Assembly: GCA_043814035.1 (NCBI GenBank)
Contig: JBDRKJ010000002.1
Location: forward strand, 136,766-200,765
Direction of reading: 5' to 3'
DNA length: 64,000 nucleotides
DNA from: Candidatus Peregrinibacteria bacterium
GTDB lineage: Bacteria; Patescibacteriota; Gracilibacteria; Peribacterales; Peribacteraceae
How positions within the stretch are numbered: position 1 is the first letter of the stretch; every line of letters starts with the position of its first letter. This document shows positions 20,893 to 31,280 of the stretch, in pieces. Under the pieces are notes generated by a model. The model searched no databases. It was not told where the DNA came from and was given only the letters and a program-made list of their open reading frames with translations. A program made the translations under genes and the position numbers.

Positions 20893-22074
20893 ATGTTCCG
20901 CCGAACGGACTTTCTTCTGCTGGGCATCACCGTGGTACTCACCCTCTTTGGGCTCGCCATGATTTCGAGCGTGAGCGTATTCGAGAGCTATCAAATTACA
21001 CAGCGCTTGGTCGCACAGGGTTTGCGCGAAGCACCGAGCAACTCGTTTTACCTTTGGCGGAGTTTCCGGCATGTGCTCTTTGGATTTGGCGCTATGGGAT
21101 TCACCATGCTCGTTCCCTATCGCCTCTGGCAGAAGTTGGCATTTCCTATGTTCGGTGCAACGTTACTGCTCCTCTTTGCCGTCTTTATTCCGGGATTGCG
21201 CGCAGAATACGGAACTGCCCAGAGTTGGCTACGGATCGGGTTTTTCTCGATGCAGCCTTCGGAGCTCTTGAAGTTCACACTCATCTTCTACCTCGCGCTG
21301 TGGCTACAGAAACGCGAGCAGTTAATCAGCACCTGGAAGGAGGGCTTCATTCCCTTCGCCACACTCTTAAGCTTGAGCACGCTGCTCGTGGCCTTTCAGC
21401 CAGATTTGGGGTCGTTTCTCGTGCTTTCATCAATTGCTGTCGTCATGTTTTTCGTAGCGGGAGGAAACATTGGCCACGTGATTCTAGGAGGCACCATGGC
21501 CGGCATTCTCGGGCTCCCGCTGATTCTGCAAAAGGAATACATCCGTAACAGGTTTCGTGCTTTTCTCTCACCCGAAGATCCTTCGATCTCCGAGACCATC
21601 GGATTCCAGATCAAACAGGCGCTCATTGCCATCGGCAGCGGTGGGGCATTCGGCGTGGGGTACGGAAAGTCGGTGCAGAAATTCGGGTACCTGCCTGAAG
21701 TGCAGGCCGACACCATTTTTGCGGCCATGGCCGAGGAACTTGGATTCTTTCGCTTGCTCATTATTCTGGCGATGTTCGGCATTTTCATTTGGCGCGGATA
21801 CCGCATCGCCCGCGAGGCACCGGACCGCTTTGGATTTCTCGTCGCCACGGGCATCACCACATGGATTGCCTTTCAAACCGTGCTGAATATTGCGGTGAAT
21901 CTTGCGCTGTTCCCACTCACCGGCATCACGTTGCCCTTTATAAGCTATGGAGGATCTTCGCTGATCTCTCTTCTGCTCGCCGTTGGCGTTCTGCTCAACA
22001 TCTCCATGCACTCTACGGCGGCGGCAGCTGTTGCCCGTAGAACAGAGAAAAGAACCTCTTTCTCCCGCTCGTGA
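20893..22074 (+). CDS. ftsW: SEDS family peptidoglycan polymerase FtsW
   Basis: MQPSELLK, QPDLGS, YLPEVQADTIFA, PLTGITLPFISYGGSS; directly upstream of murG. Confidence 0.93.
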   Translation: MFRRTDFLLLGITVVLTLFGLAMISSVSVFESYQITQRLVAQGLREAPSNSFYLWRSFRHVLFGFGAMGFTMLVPYRLWQKLAFPMFGATLLLLFAVFIPGLRAEYGTAQSWLRIGFFSMQPSELLKFTLIFYLALWLQKREQLISTWKEGFIPFATLLSLSTLLVAFQPDLGSFLVLSSIAVVMFFVAGGNIGHVILGGTMAGILGLPLILQKEYIRNRFRAFLSPEDPSISETIGFQIKQALIAIGSGGAFGVGYGKSVQKFGYLPEVQADTIFAAMAEELGFFRLLIILAMFGIFIWRGYRIAREAPDRFGFLVATGITTWIAFQTVLNIAVNLALFPLTGITLPFISYGGSSLISLLLAVGVLLNISMHSTAAAAVARRTEKRTSFSRS

Positions 22075-22111
22075 TGTAATGACATCTGTATGATGGAATA
22101 CTACAGAATGT

Positions 22112-23158
22112 ATGTCTCCTCAGTGTGCTCTCTTCGTCGGCGGCGGTTCGCTCGGGCACATCGCGCCATCTGTTGCCATTGCACAATCACTGACAGAGCT
22201 GAATCCTGACCTCACAATACATTTTGTGGTGAGTGATAGGGCAGAAGAATCCACATTCGTGGAGCAACAGGGCTTTAAGGTAACTCCATTCCGATCCCCG
22301 CGACTTAGGTGGAACTTTCTCTGGACGTTCTGGAGGGCAACGCGAAGGGCGAAGAAACTTCTTGAAGAGATACGACCAGATGTCATCTTCGATAAGGGAG
22401 GATTCGTAAGTGTGCCAATTTGTTTTGCAGCAAAGAAAAAAAATATTCCGATCGTGCTGCATGAATCCGATGCTGTAAGTGGCTGGGCCAACTGGCTCAT
22501 TAGTAAATGGGCAAAGATTGTGTGCTTGGGATTTGAAGGAAGCATCAGAGGATCTCACACGCGCTTCACTGGCAATCCTATTCGGTCCACCATCGAGAAA
22601 GGATCGCGCCAGAAAGGAATCGCCATCACAGGGCTCTCGCGCATGCGTCCCGTACTTCTTGTTCTTGGAGGGAGCCAGGGAGCTCTGTCTCTTAATCGCG
22701 TCATTGCGACACATCTCTCTGCACTGCTGGAATTCTGCGACATCATTCACCTCACCGGGCACGGCAAGAGTGTCGTGGCACAGAATCCACCGGGGTACTG
22801 GCAGTGCGCATTTGCCGACGAGGAGTATCCGCATCTACTGGCTGCAGCAGATCTTGCTCTGAGTAGAGCAGGTGCAGGAACTCTGGCTGAGCTGGCAGCC
22901 ATTGGCCTCCCTACAATTCTCGTTCCGTTGGAGGGGGTGGCACATAATCACCAACGAAGAAACGCCGAGGCTGCAGTACGATCGGGGGGGTGCATCCTCT
23001 TAGAACAGAGTCGACTTTCTGCATCACTCGTCTCGAGTGTTCGGCATCTCATTGAGGCAACCGACTCTCGTCGCACCATGGGTACAGCCATTCGTGCCCT
23101 GTACCATCCCGACGCTGCTCGACAGATTGCCGAAATCATTGCACAGCAACTTGCTTGA
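22112..23158 (+). CDS. murG: MurG N-acetylglucosaminyl transferase
   Basis: GGGSLGHI, KGGFVSVP, HESD, GNPIR, GGSQGA, SRAGAGT, HQRRNA. Confidence 0.95.
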   Translation: MSPQCALFVGGGSLGHIAPSVAIAQSLTELNPDLTIHFVVSDRAEESTFVEQQGFKVTPFRSPRLRWNFLWTFWRATRRAKKLLEEIRPDVIFDKGGFVSVPICFAAKKKNIPIVLHESDAVSGWANWLISKWAKIVCLGFEGSIRGSHTRFTGNPIRSTIEKGSRQKGIAITGLSRMRPVLLVLGGSQGALSLNRVIATHLSALLEFCDIIHLTGHGKSVVAQNPPGYWQCAFADEEYPHLLAAADLALSRAGAGTLAELAAIGLPTILVPLEGVAHNHQRRNAEAAVRSGGCILLEQSRLSASLVSSVRHLIEATDSRRTMGTAIRALYHPDAARQIAEIIAQQLA

Positions 23159-23193
23159 TCTGTGCTCGGCGGGTACTCTGCCGCGGTCACATT

Positions 23194-23916
23194 ATGAAAA
23201 AGTACTACGTCTTCCTTATTCCGCTTTTTGCGCTTGCCCTCCTTGTTGGATGCGGTCAGAAGACCCCTCCGGCAGACGAGGGGGCTCCTGCAGAAGATAT
23301 CATGGAGCCTGCTCCTGAAGAGGGAGCCATGGAACCTGCCCCTGAAGAACCTGCCCCCGATGATGCTATGCCCGAACCTGCCCCCGATGATGCTATGCCC
23401 GAACCCGATCCCATCAGCTTCGACGGAACCCTGCTCTCTGGTATGCAGACCGTTGTGCTCCAGACGAGTATGGGAGATGTCACCCTTGAGCTGGATGCCG
23501 ACAGCGCCCCGCAGACCGTGACAAACTTCGTCTTACTGGGCCGCTCCGGCTACTACAATGGCCTTACGTTCCACCGTGTCATCAAGGACTTCATGATTCA
23601 GGGAGGTGATCCCAATGGAGATGGCACCGGAGGCGAGAGTATTTACGGTCCTACATTTGAGGACGAAGTTGACAATAATCCCATCCCACTCGTCCGCAGT
23701 GTCATCGCCATGGCCAACCGTGGTCCGAATACGAACGGCAGTCAGTTCTTCATTGTCACACGGGCTGACGGAACGCCGTGGCTCGTGGGTAAGCACACTG
23801 GATTCGGCCGTGTGACGGAAGGGATGGATATCATCGATTCCATCAGTGAGGTGGATACCGGGGAGCTCGAGAGGCCATTAGAGCCCATTACATTCGATGT
23901 AGAGGTTCTGAATTAG
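23194..23916 (+). CDS. Cyclophilin-type peptidylprolyl isomerase, lipoprotein
   Basis: Lipobox LVGC, acidic Pro-rich linker, FHRVIKDFMIQGGDP, NGSQFFI. Confidence 0.95.
   Translation: MKKYYVFLIPLFALALLVGCGQKTPPADEGAPAEDIMEPAPEEGAMEPAPEEPAPDDAMPEPAPDDAMPEPDPISFDGTLLSGMQTVVLQTSMGDVTLELDADSAPQTVTNFVLLGRSGYYNGLTFHRVIKDFMIQGGDPNGDGTGGESIYGPTFEDEVDNNPIPLVRSVIAMANRGPNTNGSQFFIVTRADGTPWLVGKHTGFGRVTEGMDIIDSISEVDTGELERPLEPITFDVEVLN
23347..23400 (+). repeat. Exact 27-bp tandem duplication (EPAPDDAMP x2)
   Basis: gaacctgcccccgatgatgctatgccc occurs twice in tandem. Confidence 0.9.
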
Positions 23917-23992
23917 AAGGAACGAGAGACTCTTTTCCCGAACATTCTCTTGGTATCTTCGGTTTCTTTGGTTTATTCGGTATCCTCTTTCT

Positions 23993-25461
23993 ATGCGAAC
24001 GCGTTTTGCGCCTTCCCCCACCGGCTTTCTGCACGTCGGAGGCCTGCGTACTGCCCTCTTCGCTTACCTGATGGCCAAGAAAACGGGAGGCCGTTTCTTG
24101 CTGCGCATCGAAGACACCGATCAGCAACGCAGTGTCGAAGGAGCGGTTGAGAACATTCTGCGCACACTGCATTGGGCAGGGCTCGATCCCGATGAAGGCC
24201 TGATGATAAGCAAGGGAATAGTGAAACAAGAAGGAGCAACAGGGCCCTACATTCAATCGGAGCGACTGGAACTGTATCAAAAATATGCAAAGCAGCTCCT
24301 GAAAGACGGCCATGCCTACGCTTGCTTCTGCTCACCCGAACGCCTCACAAAGATGCGCGAAGGCCAGATGGCACGCAAGCAGGCACCTATGTACGACCGA
24401 CATTGCGTTCATCTACCGAAAAAAGAAGTGGAGGAGCGTCTTGCACGAACAGAGCCTCATGTCATCCGGCTTCTGGTACCACACGAACACACCTTCACTT
24501 ACACAGACGAAATTCGCGGAGAAGTGAAATTCCAGGGCCATACCGTCGATGATCAGGTTCTCCTCAAGAGCGATGGCTTCCCCACGTACCATCTCGCACA
24601 CGTCGTAGATGATCATCTGATGGATATTAACCTCGTCATTCGCGGGGAGGAGTGGCTCAGCTCTACTCCCAAACATTTGCTCCTCTTCGAACGATTGGGA
24701 TGGACACCTCCCAAATATGCACACGTCCCGCTTCTACTCAATAAAGACCGGACCAAGTTAAGCAAGCGCCAACAGGATGTAGCAGCCGAGGACTACATTC
24801 AAAAAGGCTACCGCCCGAGGCACTAATCAATTTTCTTGCGTTGCTTGGCTGGAACCCTGGCTCGGAGCAGGAAATGTTTTCACTAGAGGAACTCACCGAG
24901 GCTTTTTCGTTGGAACGCGTACAGAAAGCCGGCGCCATTTTCGACCTCACCAAGCTCGATTGGCTACAGGGCCAGTGGATCCGCAAGTTGCCACTCGCGG
25001 AATTCGCCGATCGTCTACAGACGCTCACCGCCGAACGATTCCCAGAGGCTATAAACGATCCGCACTTCAAAGAGCGGGCAGCTCTCATCCACGAACGCGT
25101 TACTTTTCTGAAAGATGGACCGGATATGCTCGCCTTCTTCTATGAGGAACCAAAGGTTTCGGTTGAACTCCTCGCCAATGCCAAACAGAAAGTGACAGAA
25201 GATCTCCTCCCAAAGATTTTTAAAACACTGAAGGAAACACTCAAGAAGATTTCTGAAGATGCGTGGACGGTCGATACTCTTAAAGAGAAATTGCTCGCCA
25301 GCGCTAAAGCCGAAGAGCTCTCTCAGGGCCAACTCCTCTGGCCGCTCCGCGCTGCCCTCACCGGTCTCCCCTACAGTCCCGGAGCCTTTGAAGTAGCCGT
25401 GGCGCTTGGCAAAGACACCACATTGACACGCCTAGAAGCCATCACGGCATCCCTCAACTGA
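23993..25461 (+). CDS. gltX: Glutamate--tRNA ligase, split by a 1-nt frameshift near 24815
   Basis: RFAPSPTGFLHVG, RIEDTD and KLSKR in one frame; EALINFLALLGWNPG continues in the -1 frame. Confidence 0.93.
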
Positions 25462-25502
25462 GCAATGCTGTGCTACCATCTCTCCGATTTCCCCTCCTTG
25501 CC

Positions 25503-25967
25503 ATGTCCGAAACCGCCGACCTCGAAGTCGAGTTGAAGACTGAGAGTAATAAAGCTGTAATTACCGGCAAGACCTCCGTACCGTTTCGCACATTCGTCGG
25601 TCTCGTGCTCCAACGCAAAGTCTTTCAGCTCTTCAAACAGTGGGATAAGGAACCTGTAATTCTCTCGAGTGAGCTCCTCACACAGCTCGCAAGCGCTCCG
25701 CAAGACAGCCAAGAAAACCGCACGCACCTCGTCATCGTGACATTAGGAATGGGCACACTGTTTGGCGTGTTCACCTTGGCATTAGTCCAAGTTGTTCTCT
25801 CGGCCATGGGATATACATTGGGCTCGCGCGAACTCATGCTTATCGTCGGAGGACTTATAGGGCTGGCCGTGCTCGCCGTTGTTCTTGCCCGATTACAGAG
25901 AATCACACGAGGTCAGCGCATCGCAGATACCATGGAACGCGCCGCGCAGTTCCTCTCAAAAAAATAG
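25503..25967 (+). CDS. Hypothetical 2-TM membrane protein
   Basis: Two C-terminal hydrophobic helices. Confidence 0.75.
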   Translation: MSETADLEVELKTESNKAVITGKTSVPFRTFVGLVLQRKVFQLFKQWDKEPVILSSELLTQLASAPQDSQENRTHLVIVTLGMGTLFGVFTLALVQVVLSAMGYTLGSRELMLIVGGLIGLAVLAVVLARLQRITRGQRIADTMERAAQFLSKK

Positions 25968-26020
25968 TGAAGAAAGCAGGTGGGCGAAGAGCGAAGATTA
26001 GAGGAAAATAGTGCCTTCTG

Positions 26021-26884
26021 ATGCAGATACAGGAACTTGTCCCTCTCGCGCCAAAAACCACCATGCGTATTGGTGGCAACGCCCACTACTTCGCCGAGCT
26101 CCTGACGAAGCATGATGTCGAGGAGGCCTGGCAATTTGCACAGAGCAAAGGTGTGCCCATGATCGTCTTGGGGGCAGGATCCAACACCATTTTTGCAGAT
26201 GAAATGATCAATGCGCTTGTTGTGCGCGTACTCGCAAAGGCCATGGAAGTAAGTGGCAATACCGTGCGAGCGGAGGCGGGTCTGCCACTGGCTACCCTCA
26301 TCGCACAACTGGCGAAACAAGGCCTAGACCTCTCTACTCTCACTGGTATTCCAGGAACGGTTGGTGGGGCGGTGTTCGGCAATGCTGGTCAGGGCCCGCA
26401 GGGCATGTGGTTCGATCATTACATTCAGACTGTATCGGCCTTCATTGAGGGGGAGTGGAAAATATTCTCAGGTAAAGAGTGTGATTTCCATTACCGAGAG
26501 AGTGTGTTCAAGCGGCTCTCTAATCCTCTCCTCTGGAAAGTGACGCTCTCTGTACCTTCGCGTGCGACCGAAGTAGTCGAAAAAGATATCAGTACGCTGC
26601 TTAAGAAACGGTCTGTTGCTCAACCATTTACGCGCACGGCTGGCTCCTGCTTCAAGGCAATGAATGGCACCCCTGCATGGAGAATTATTGATGCCGCAGG
26701 GCTCAAAGGCCTGACCGTCGGCGGCCTGCAGGTGAGCGAGAAGCACGCGAACTTCCTCGTCAATGCCGAGCAAGGGACCTTCGCCGATGCGCGTTCGCTG
26801 ATCAAGACAATCCGGGAACGCACCGGCCAGCCCCTCGAACTCGAAATGCGCCTCATCGAAGAATCGGGCTCACTGTTGAGGTAA
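26021..26884 (+). CDS. murB: UDP-N-acetylmuramate dehydrogenase
   Basis: TTMRIGG, LGAGSN, GIPGTVGGAVFGNAG, YRES, TAGSCFK, SEKHANF. Confidence 0.96.
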   Translation: MQIQELVPLAPKTTMRIGGNAHYFAELLTKHDVEEAWQFAQSKGVPMIVLGAGSNTIFADEMINALVVRVLAKAMEVSGNTVRAEAGLPLATLIAQLAKQGLDLSTLTGIPGTVGGAVFGNAGQGPQGMWFDHYIQTVSAFIEGEWKIFSGKECDFHYRESVFKRLSNPLLWKVTLSVPSRATEVVEKDISTLLKKRSVAQPFTRTAGSCFKAMNGTPAWRIIDAAGLKGLTVGGLQVSEKHANFLVNAEQGTFADARSLIKTIRERTGQPLELEMRLIEESGSLLR

Positions 26885-27137
26885 ATGCATGGTGATTAAT
26901 ATCCCTTTGCGTTGAGATAAGAGGGGGGTATAGATTCTTTGATGCTCCGTGCATTCCCTTCGCAAAAACCGGATCCTCTCAGCTCGAGTCGCTGCACTTC
27001 TTACGGGATGGAAAGATGCAATACAGCTTCACAGATCCAGCAAGCCGTCGACCGTCGCCATACGCTGGTTCAACAGCTGCTTGCACTGCAAGTTCCGTAC
27101 GAAGGGAGGAACTTTAATCCACCCCGATGAGGAAAAG

Positions 27138-27995
27138 CTAGAAAGGAAGATCTTCCACTTTCACCTCTGAGGCATACTGAATCTCAGGGATATCGGCTGA
27201 TGCCGGGGCCGCAGCCGTTGGAGATTCCTGTGATCGAGGGGACGCGCGTCGCTGAGCACTAGACTCAACGGCCTCGAGGGCCGAAGCGTTACGCACACCA
27301 AGCAGGGCACATTGATCGGCAATGATCTCGGTAGTGGTGCGCTTCTGACCTTGCTTCGTCTCCCAACCGCGAGTCTGCACGCGGCCCGAAACGAAGACGC
27401 GACTGCCTTTGCGTACAACCTTGCCAACCTCTTCTGCCAGCGCACCCCAAATCACAACATTGTGAAACTCTGCACGCTCTTTGGCTTCGCCGGTCGAACG
27501 CTCTTTCCAGCGATCATTGGTCGCAACACCCAGTGTAAGCACCTGCTTGCCACCGGTCGTGGTACGGATCTCGGGATCGCGGGTGACATTACCAACGACA
27601 TCTGCACGATTGACCGCACTGAGTGTGAGTTTGGCTGCTTCGGGAGTGGGAGTCTGCCCATCTTTAGGATCAAGGAGGATCATATCGAGTGCAACGATCT
27701 TCGTTTTGCTGCGCTTCTCGCCGGAGCTCTGATCTTCCCAAGAGTCCGTCTGCAGTCGCCCGCCGATGAAAATCTGCGAGCCCGGACGCACGTACTGACC
27801 AGCAAAATCGGCCATGGAGCCCCAAAGGGTAACGGTATGGAATGCACGTCCCTGCAAGGTTTCTCCCTGCTCAGACTGAAATGAGTACGGGACAACAAGA
27901 TTCAAATCCACGACACTCGTTCCACTGGGGGTCTGACGCACTTCGGCGGGTTGGGTTTGATAGCCGATCATATGCACACGATTGAGAGAAAACAT
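27138..27995 (-). CDS. ssb: Single-stranded DNA-binding protein with two tandem OB folds
   Basis: SLNRVHMIG...GRLQTDSW, then AVNRADVVGNVTRDPE...GRVQTRGW; acidic tail EDLPF. Confidence 0.93.
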   Translation of the reverse strand: MFSLNRVHMIGYQTQPAEVRQTPSGTSVVDLNLVVPYSFQSEQGETLQGRAFHTVTLWGSMADFAGQYVRPGSQIFIGGRLQTDSWEDQSSGEKRSKTKIVALDMILLDPKDGQTPTPEAAKLTLSAVNRADVVGNVTRDPEIRTTTGGKQVLTLGVATNDRWKERSTGEAKERAEFHNVVIWGALAEEVGKVVRKGSRVFVSGRVQTRGWETKQGQKRTTTEIIADQCALLGVRNASALEAVESSAQRRASPRSQESPTAAAPASADIPEIQYASEVKVEDLPF

Positions 27996-28190
27996 GTCAC
28001 GGAGAGGAATGAAAATAGAGGAGGCCACACAGAGCCGTGGAAGGGCACGGTACACCGGCAACCATCCCATGCAAATGAATGGCCTTGAACGCTCATGGCA
28101 ATATGCCCTGGTTACAGGACCGATGTGACCATGCGCGCAATGTCTTTCTGTGGCGCTAAAGCAGGAAAAAACGGTACGATAGCTCCCACG

Positions 28191-31100
28191 ATGGATGCAC
28201 GCTTAAAATCTGCCGTCCCGGTCGTGGTAGGCCTGCTCATGGCAGCCTCTCTTGGCGTACTTCCTGTGCGTGCCCTGCAGATTGATGAGCCAACCGACTT
28301 CGAAACTGTACAGGGGAACGTGAGCAAGGTTCGCGGGGACCTCGAAAGCGCCCAATGTGGTGGCTGGGATTTCAACGACCACGTCGATAACAAAATTCCC
28401 TATGTCAGTGGTGCTCCCGGCCGCAGGAGCACATTCCTCGGTCCAGACGGCAAGTTAATGTCAGAGGTGGCAGCGGCTGGTCTCGGCAAGCGCGACGAGG
28501 AGACTGGCGCCCTCGAAGATGGCTTCGTTTTCCCCGACTCCAGTCGCACAAGCGGTTGGTCAACCGTCTGTAACGTCCATGAGTGTGAAAACAGTTACCC
28601 CTACATCCGCGAGTGCCCAGATGATCCGCCATGCAGAAACCCCGACGAATGTCAGCAAATGTGCCACGATCTGAATGCTTGGGTACGGCGTCATCAAGAG
28701 TGCACTGCAGAATGGACTCAGTGGGATGACGCAGGTCCGTTCCAAGTATTCGATTTTCTCGGAGACACAAGCCCGTGCCGGAACCTTGATAATGGCGACT
28801 GGTGCCATCCGGGTGATGCGGGATGGGTGAGTGTGGATGCACGTTTGTGGAATTTGCACGGTGGCAATCAGGGAATAGCAGTCTGGTGCGATGTCGACGA
28901 GCTACTGTACTGCTGCTCAAACGCGCTGATGGTCGACCGCGACAGAGACCCAGAGGGCAATTGCATTGCCTGTCACGGAGACGGCCTCGAAGACCGCAAT
29001 AATCCGGGGTTCGACTTCAACGGCGAGCGCCCTCAGGATCTTGAATTCACCGGATGCCGCGACGGCAAGAATGCTCCCAACGGGCGGGAGTACGTTTCGA
29101 TCTATCGACGCCATATGGTGACATATACCCGGGATCCCGTAGCCGTAGTGCCCCGCGATGATACATCGCGCTTCGATGTGCCAGTGGACTGCTACTGCCG
29201 TTATGAAGAGTTCGATCCCAAAGCTCGTCGCACTAATGCGCCTGACTATCGATGTATCATCAATCTGGAGGACGAAGGAAAGCGATTCAATCGCATGAAA
29301 GAAACTCAGCTTGGCAAAGGAGAGTACGGCCAAAACTCCGACCTCCCAGATCCTGCCTATGAACACACTGCGGTTCGCGATACGCGCAAAAACCTGTGGG
29401 TGAATGATTTCAGTGATACCTTCTCACTCTTAAATAGTGAAAAGTTTAAGGAATCACCGAAAGATAATCTCTTTCCGCTGTTGCAGCTCGACAACACCGA
29501 CATCATGCCGACGGCGCAGCTCGATATACAGCGCCCCTATTCGAGTGGCAGCCTTATTCGCTCCACCGATGACACCGTTCACACTGAGGACCCAGGACGC
29601 CGCACGATCATCGAGTGGTGGCAGGAGCAGGAAACACAAGCACATAAGCTCTTTAGCTCCCCTCTGCTCCGCCTGATACTCCCAACCCCCGCATCAGTTG
29701 GATTGGACCTCTCTGATCCATTCCTGACCCCACAGGGCAGTAGCTCCAGTAATGGGAAAAAGATCAATCAGCAGATTATTGACATTCAGATTCACGCCAC
29801 TCCCGAAGATCTGCTTTCAGAGGTCAGCGCTTACCTCGAAAATGGCCTCCTCCTTCACGTACGAGAGGAACCAGTGCCATTGGTTGTTCCATTAGCATCG
29901 CCTGTGGAACTTCGCGCACTCGCACAAGGATGGAAGCGCTGGGGCGAAGAGCACGAAGACGGAAAATCGAAAGCAGAACAGGCCGCACAGAAACTCGAGG
30001 ACTACGCAGAGCGTATTGATCAGGTGCGGGCACTGCGTGGCGAACTGGCGCAGTACATCGGTCGCCTGCTCACGTACCAGGGAACGATGATGCGTGCCAT
30101 CGGTGAATGGCTCACGACCAACATGCAGACGTGGGAACGGTATTCCACCGTCCATCATCAGGGCCTGGATCTAAAACCGCTCTGGCAAGAAACCCAGCAG
30201 AAGTACCGTGCCTTTCATGATCGCACGAACATGCCATGGTGCCGTAATGATCGCTTCACCACTCCCATCTACTCATTCCTGGATGATTGGATGCCCGGTC
30301 CACCAGAGCCACGCGATTTGATGCTCAACATTGATGAGCAGCCTGCCAACAACCTCGCGCCCCACAGCCTCCCTCGCCTGTCGATCGAAACACTTCCTGA
30401 TCTCGTTTACGACTTCACGGTCCTGCGCGTTTCGACGGGAACTGTAATTCTACCAGTCATCACGCCCATCCAAATCCGGCTCCAGCAGTCGCTCTTTGAT
30501 CCTCCAGCCTCACGTGAGGGTCTCGATCTGGTCTCTGAGCGTCTGGATAAAATAATCGAATTACCCGATCTCCCACCTGTTCCTTCAATCTATGAAGAAG
30601 TCTTAGGAGGGCTCTTCCCGAGCGAAGTGCAGCACCTCTCTTCCCCGTCAAAGGTAAAGACGACCATTGCCGATGTGCCGCCCGAAGTTGAAGAAGTAAT
30701 GAGGCGAATGTTATCGATGATCATTGGTATGGATGAGACGTACAAGAAATTCTGGGAGAGCATTACGGATTTCCCTGAAAGGAACTTCTACGGTATGTGG
30801 TCTTGTGAGCGTCTCGATGAAATGCCGTGCGTGCATGTGGAGATGGACCTGCTCGAGCGCTTCACGCGCATTGGCGCACGACCTGCTGTGCAACTTCGAG
30901 AGGATTTCTCATCGTATGGACCATTCCGAACAGATGTGATTCTTGATTCCAAGGTTGCAGGCGTACTTCGCAGCATGGACTTAGACCCCCCAACAGCTGT
31001 GCCAGCGTGTCCTCGCGAAGACTGGGCCTGCCAGATCTACAACGTCGAGAAAACCTACGCCCGCGAAGGGTGGCGTGTGGAAGGCATAAAGGAAGGCATT

Positions 31101-31280
31101 GGGCAACAAGACCTGGCGAATTTGCGTAACAGGCTCTGGAAGACAACGATCCCCATAGGGAGCAGCAGCTCCTTCCCCTATATCGTGACACCGGACGACA
31201 TGCTGCCTTCATTCAATGTCCCCACCCCCATCATTCTGCCCACAACCCGATTCGATCAGAGTAGTTCCTCCTCCCGATGA
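28191..31280 (+). CDS. Large secreted cysteine-rich hypothetical protein (about 1030 aa)
   Basis: Signal peptide MDARLKSAVPVVVGLLMAASLGVLPVRA, Cys-rich N-terminal half, central helical region. The ORF is open from 28095. Confidence 0.8.
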   Translation: MDARLKSAVPVVVGLLMAASLGVLPVRALQIDEPTDFETVQGNVSKVRGDLESAQCGGWDFNDHVDNKIPYVSGAPGRRSTFLGPDGKLMSEVAAAGLGKRDEETGALEDGFVFPDSSRTSGWSTVCNVHECENSYPYIRECPDDPPCRNPDECQQMCHDLNAWVRRHQECTAEWTQWDDAGPFQVFDFLGDTSPCRNLDNGDWCHPGDAGWVSVDARLWNLHGGNQGIAVWCDVDELLYCCSNALMVDRDRDPEGNCIACHGDGLEDRNNPGFDFNGERPQDLEFTGCRDGKNAPNGREYVSIYRRHMVTYTRDPVAVVPRDDTSRFDVPVDCYCRYEEFDPKARRTNAPDYRCIINLEDEGKRFNRMKETQLGKGEYGQNSDLPDPAYEHTAVRDTRKNLWVNDFSDTFSLLNSEKFKESPKDNLFPLLQLDNTDIMPTAQLDIQRPYSSGSLIRSTDDTVHTEDPGRRTIIEWWQEQETQAHKLFSSPLLRLILPTPASVGLDLSDPFLTPQGSSSSNGKKINQQIIDIQIHATPEDLLSEVSAYLENGLLLHVREEPVPLVVPLASPVELRALAQGWKRWGEEHEDGKSKAEQAAQKLEDYAERIDQVRALRGELAQYIGRLLTYQGTMMRAIGEWLTTNMQTWERYSTVHHQGLDLKPLWQETQQKYRAFHDRTNMPWCRNDRFTTPIYSFLDDWMPGPPEPRDLMLNIDEQPANNLAPHSLPRLSIETLPDLVYDFTVLRVSTGTVILPVITPIQIRLQQSLFDPPASREGLDLVSERLDKIIELPDLPPVPSIYEEVLGGLFPSEVQHLSSPSKVKTTIADVPPEVEEVMRRMLSMIIGMDETYKKFWESITDFPERNFYGMWSCERLDEMPCVHVEMDLLERFTRIGARPAVQLREDFSSYGPFRTDVILDSKVAGVLRSMDLDPPTAVPACPREDWACQIYNVEKTYAREGWRVEGIKEGIGQQDLANLRNRLWKTTIPIGSSSSFPYIVTPDDMLPSFNVPTPIILPTTRFDQSSSSSR

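Noticed and set aside
26885-27170. Short ORFs 26939..27130 and 26949..27170
   Set aside because: No recognisable motifs and two competing frames, so neither can be supported.
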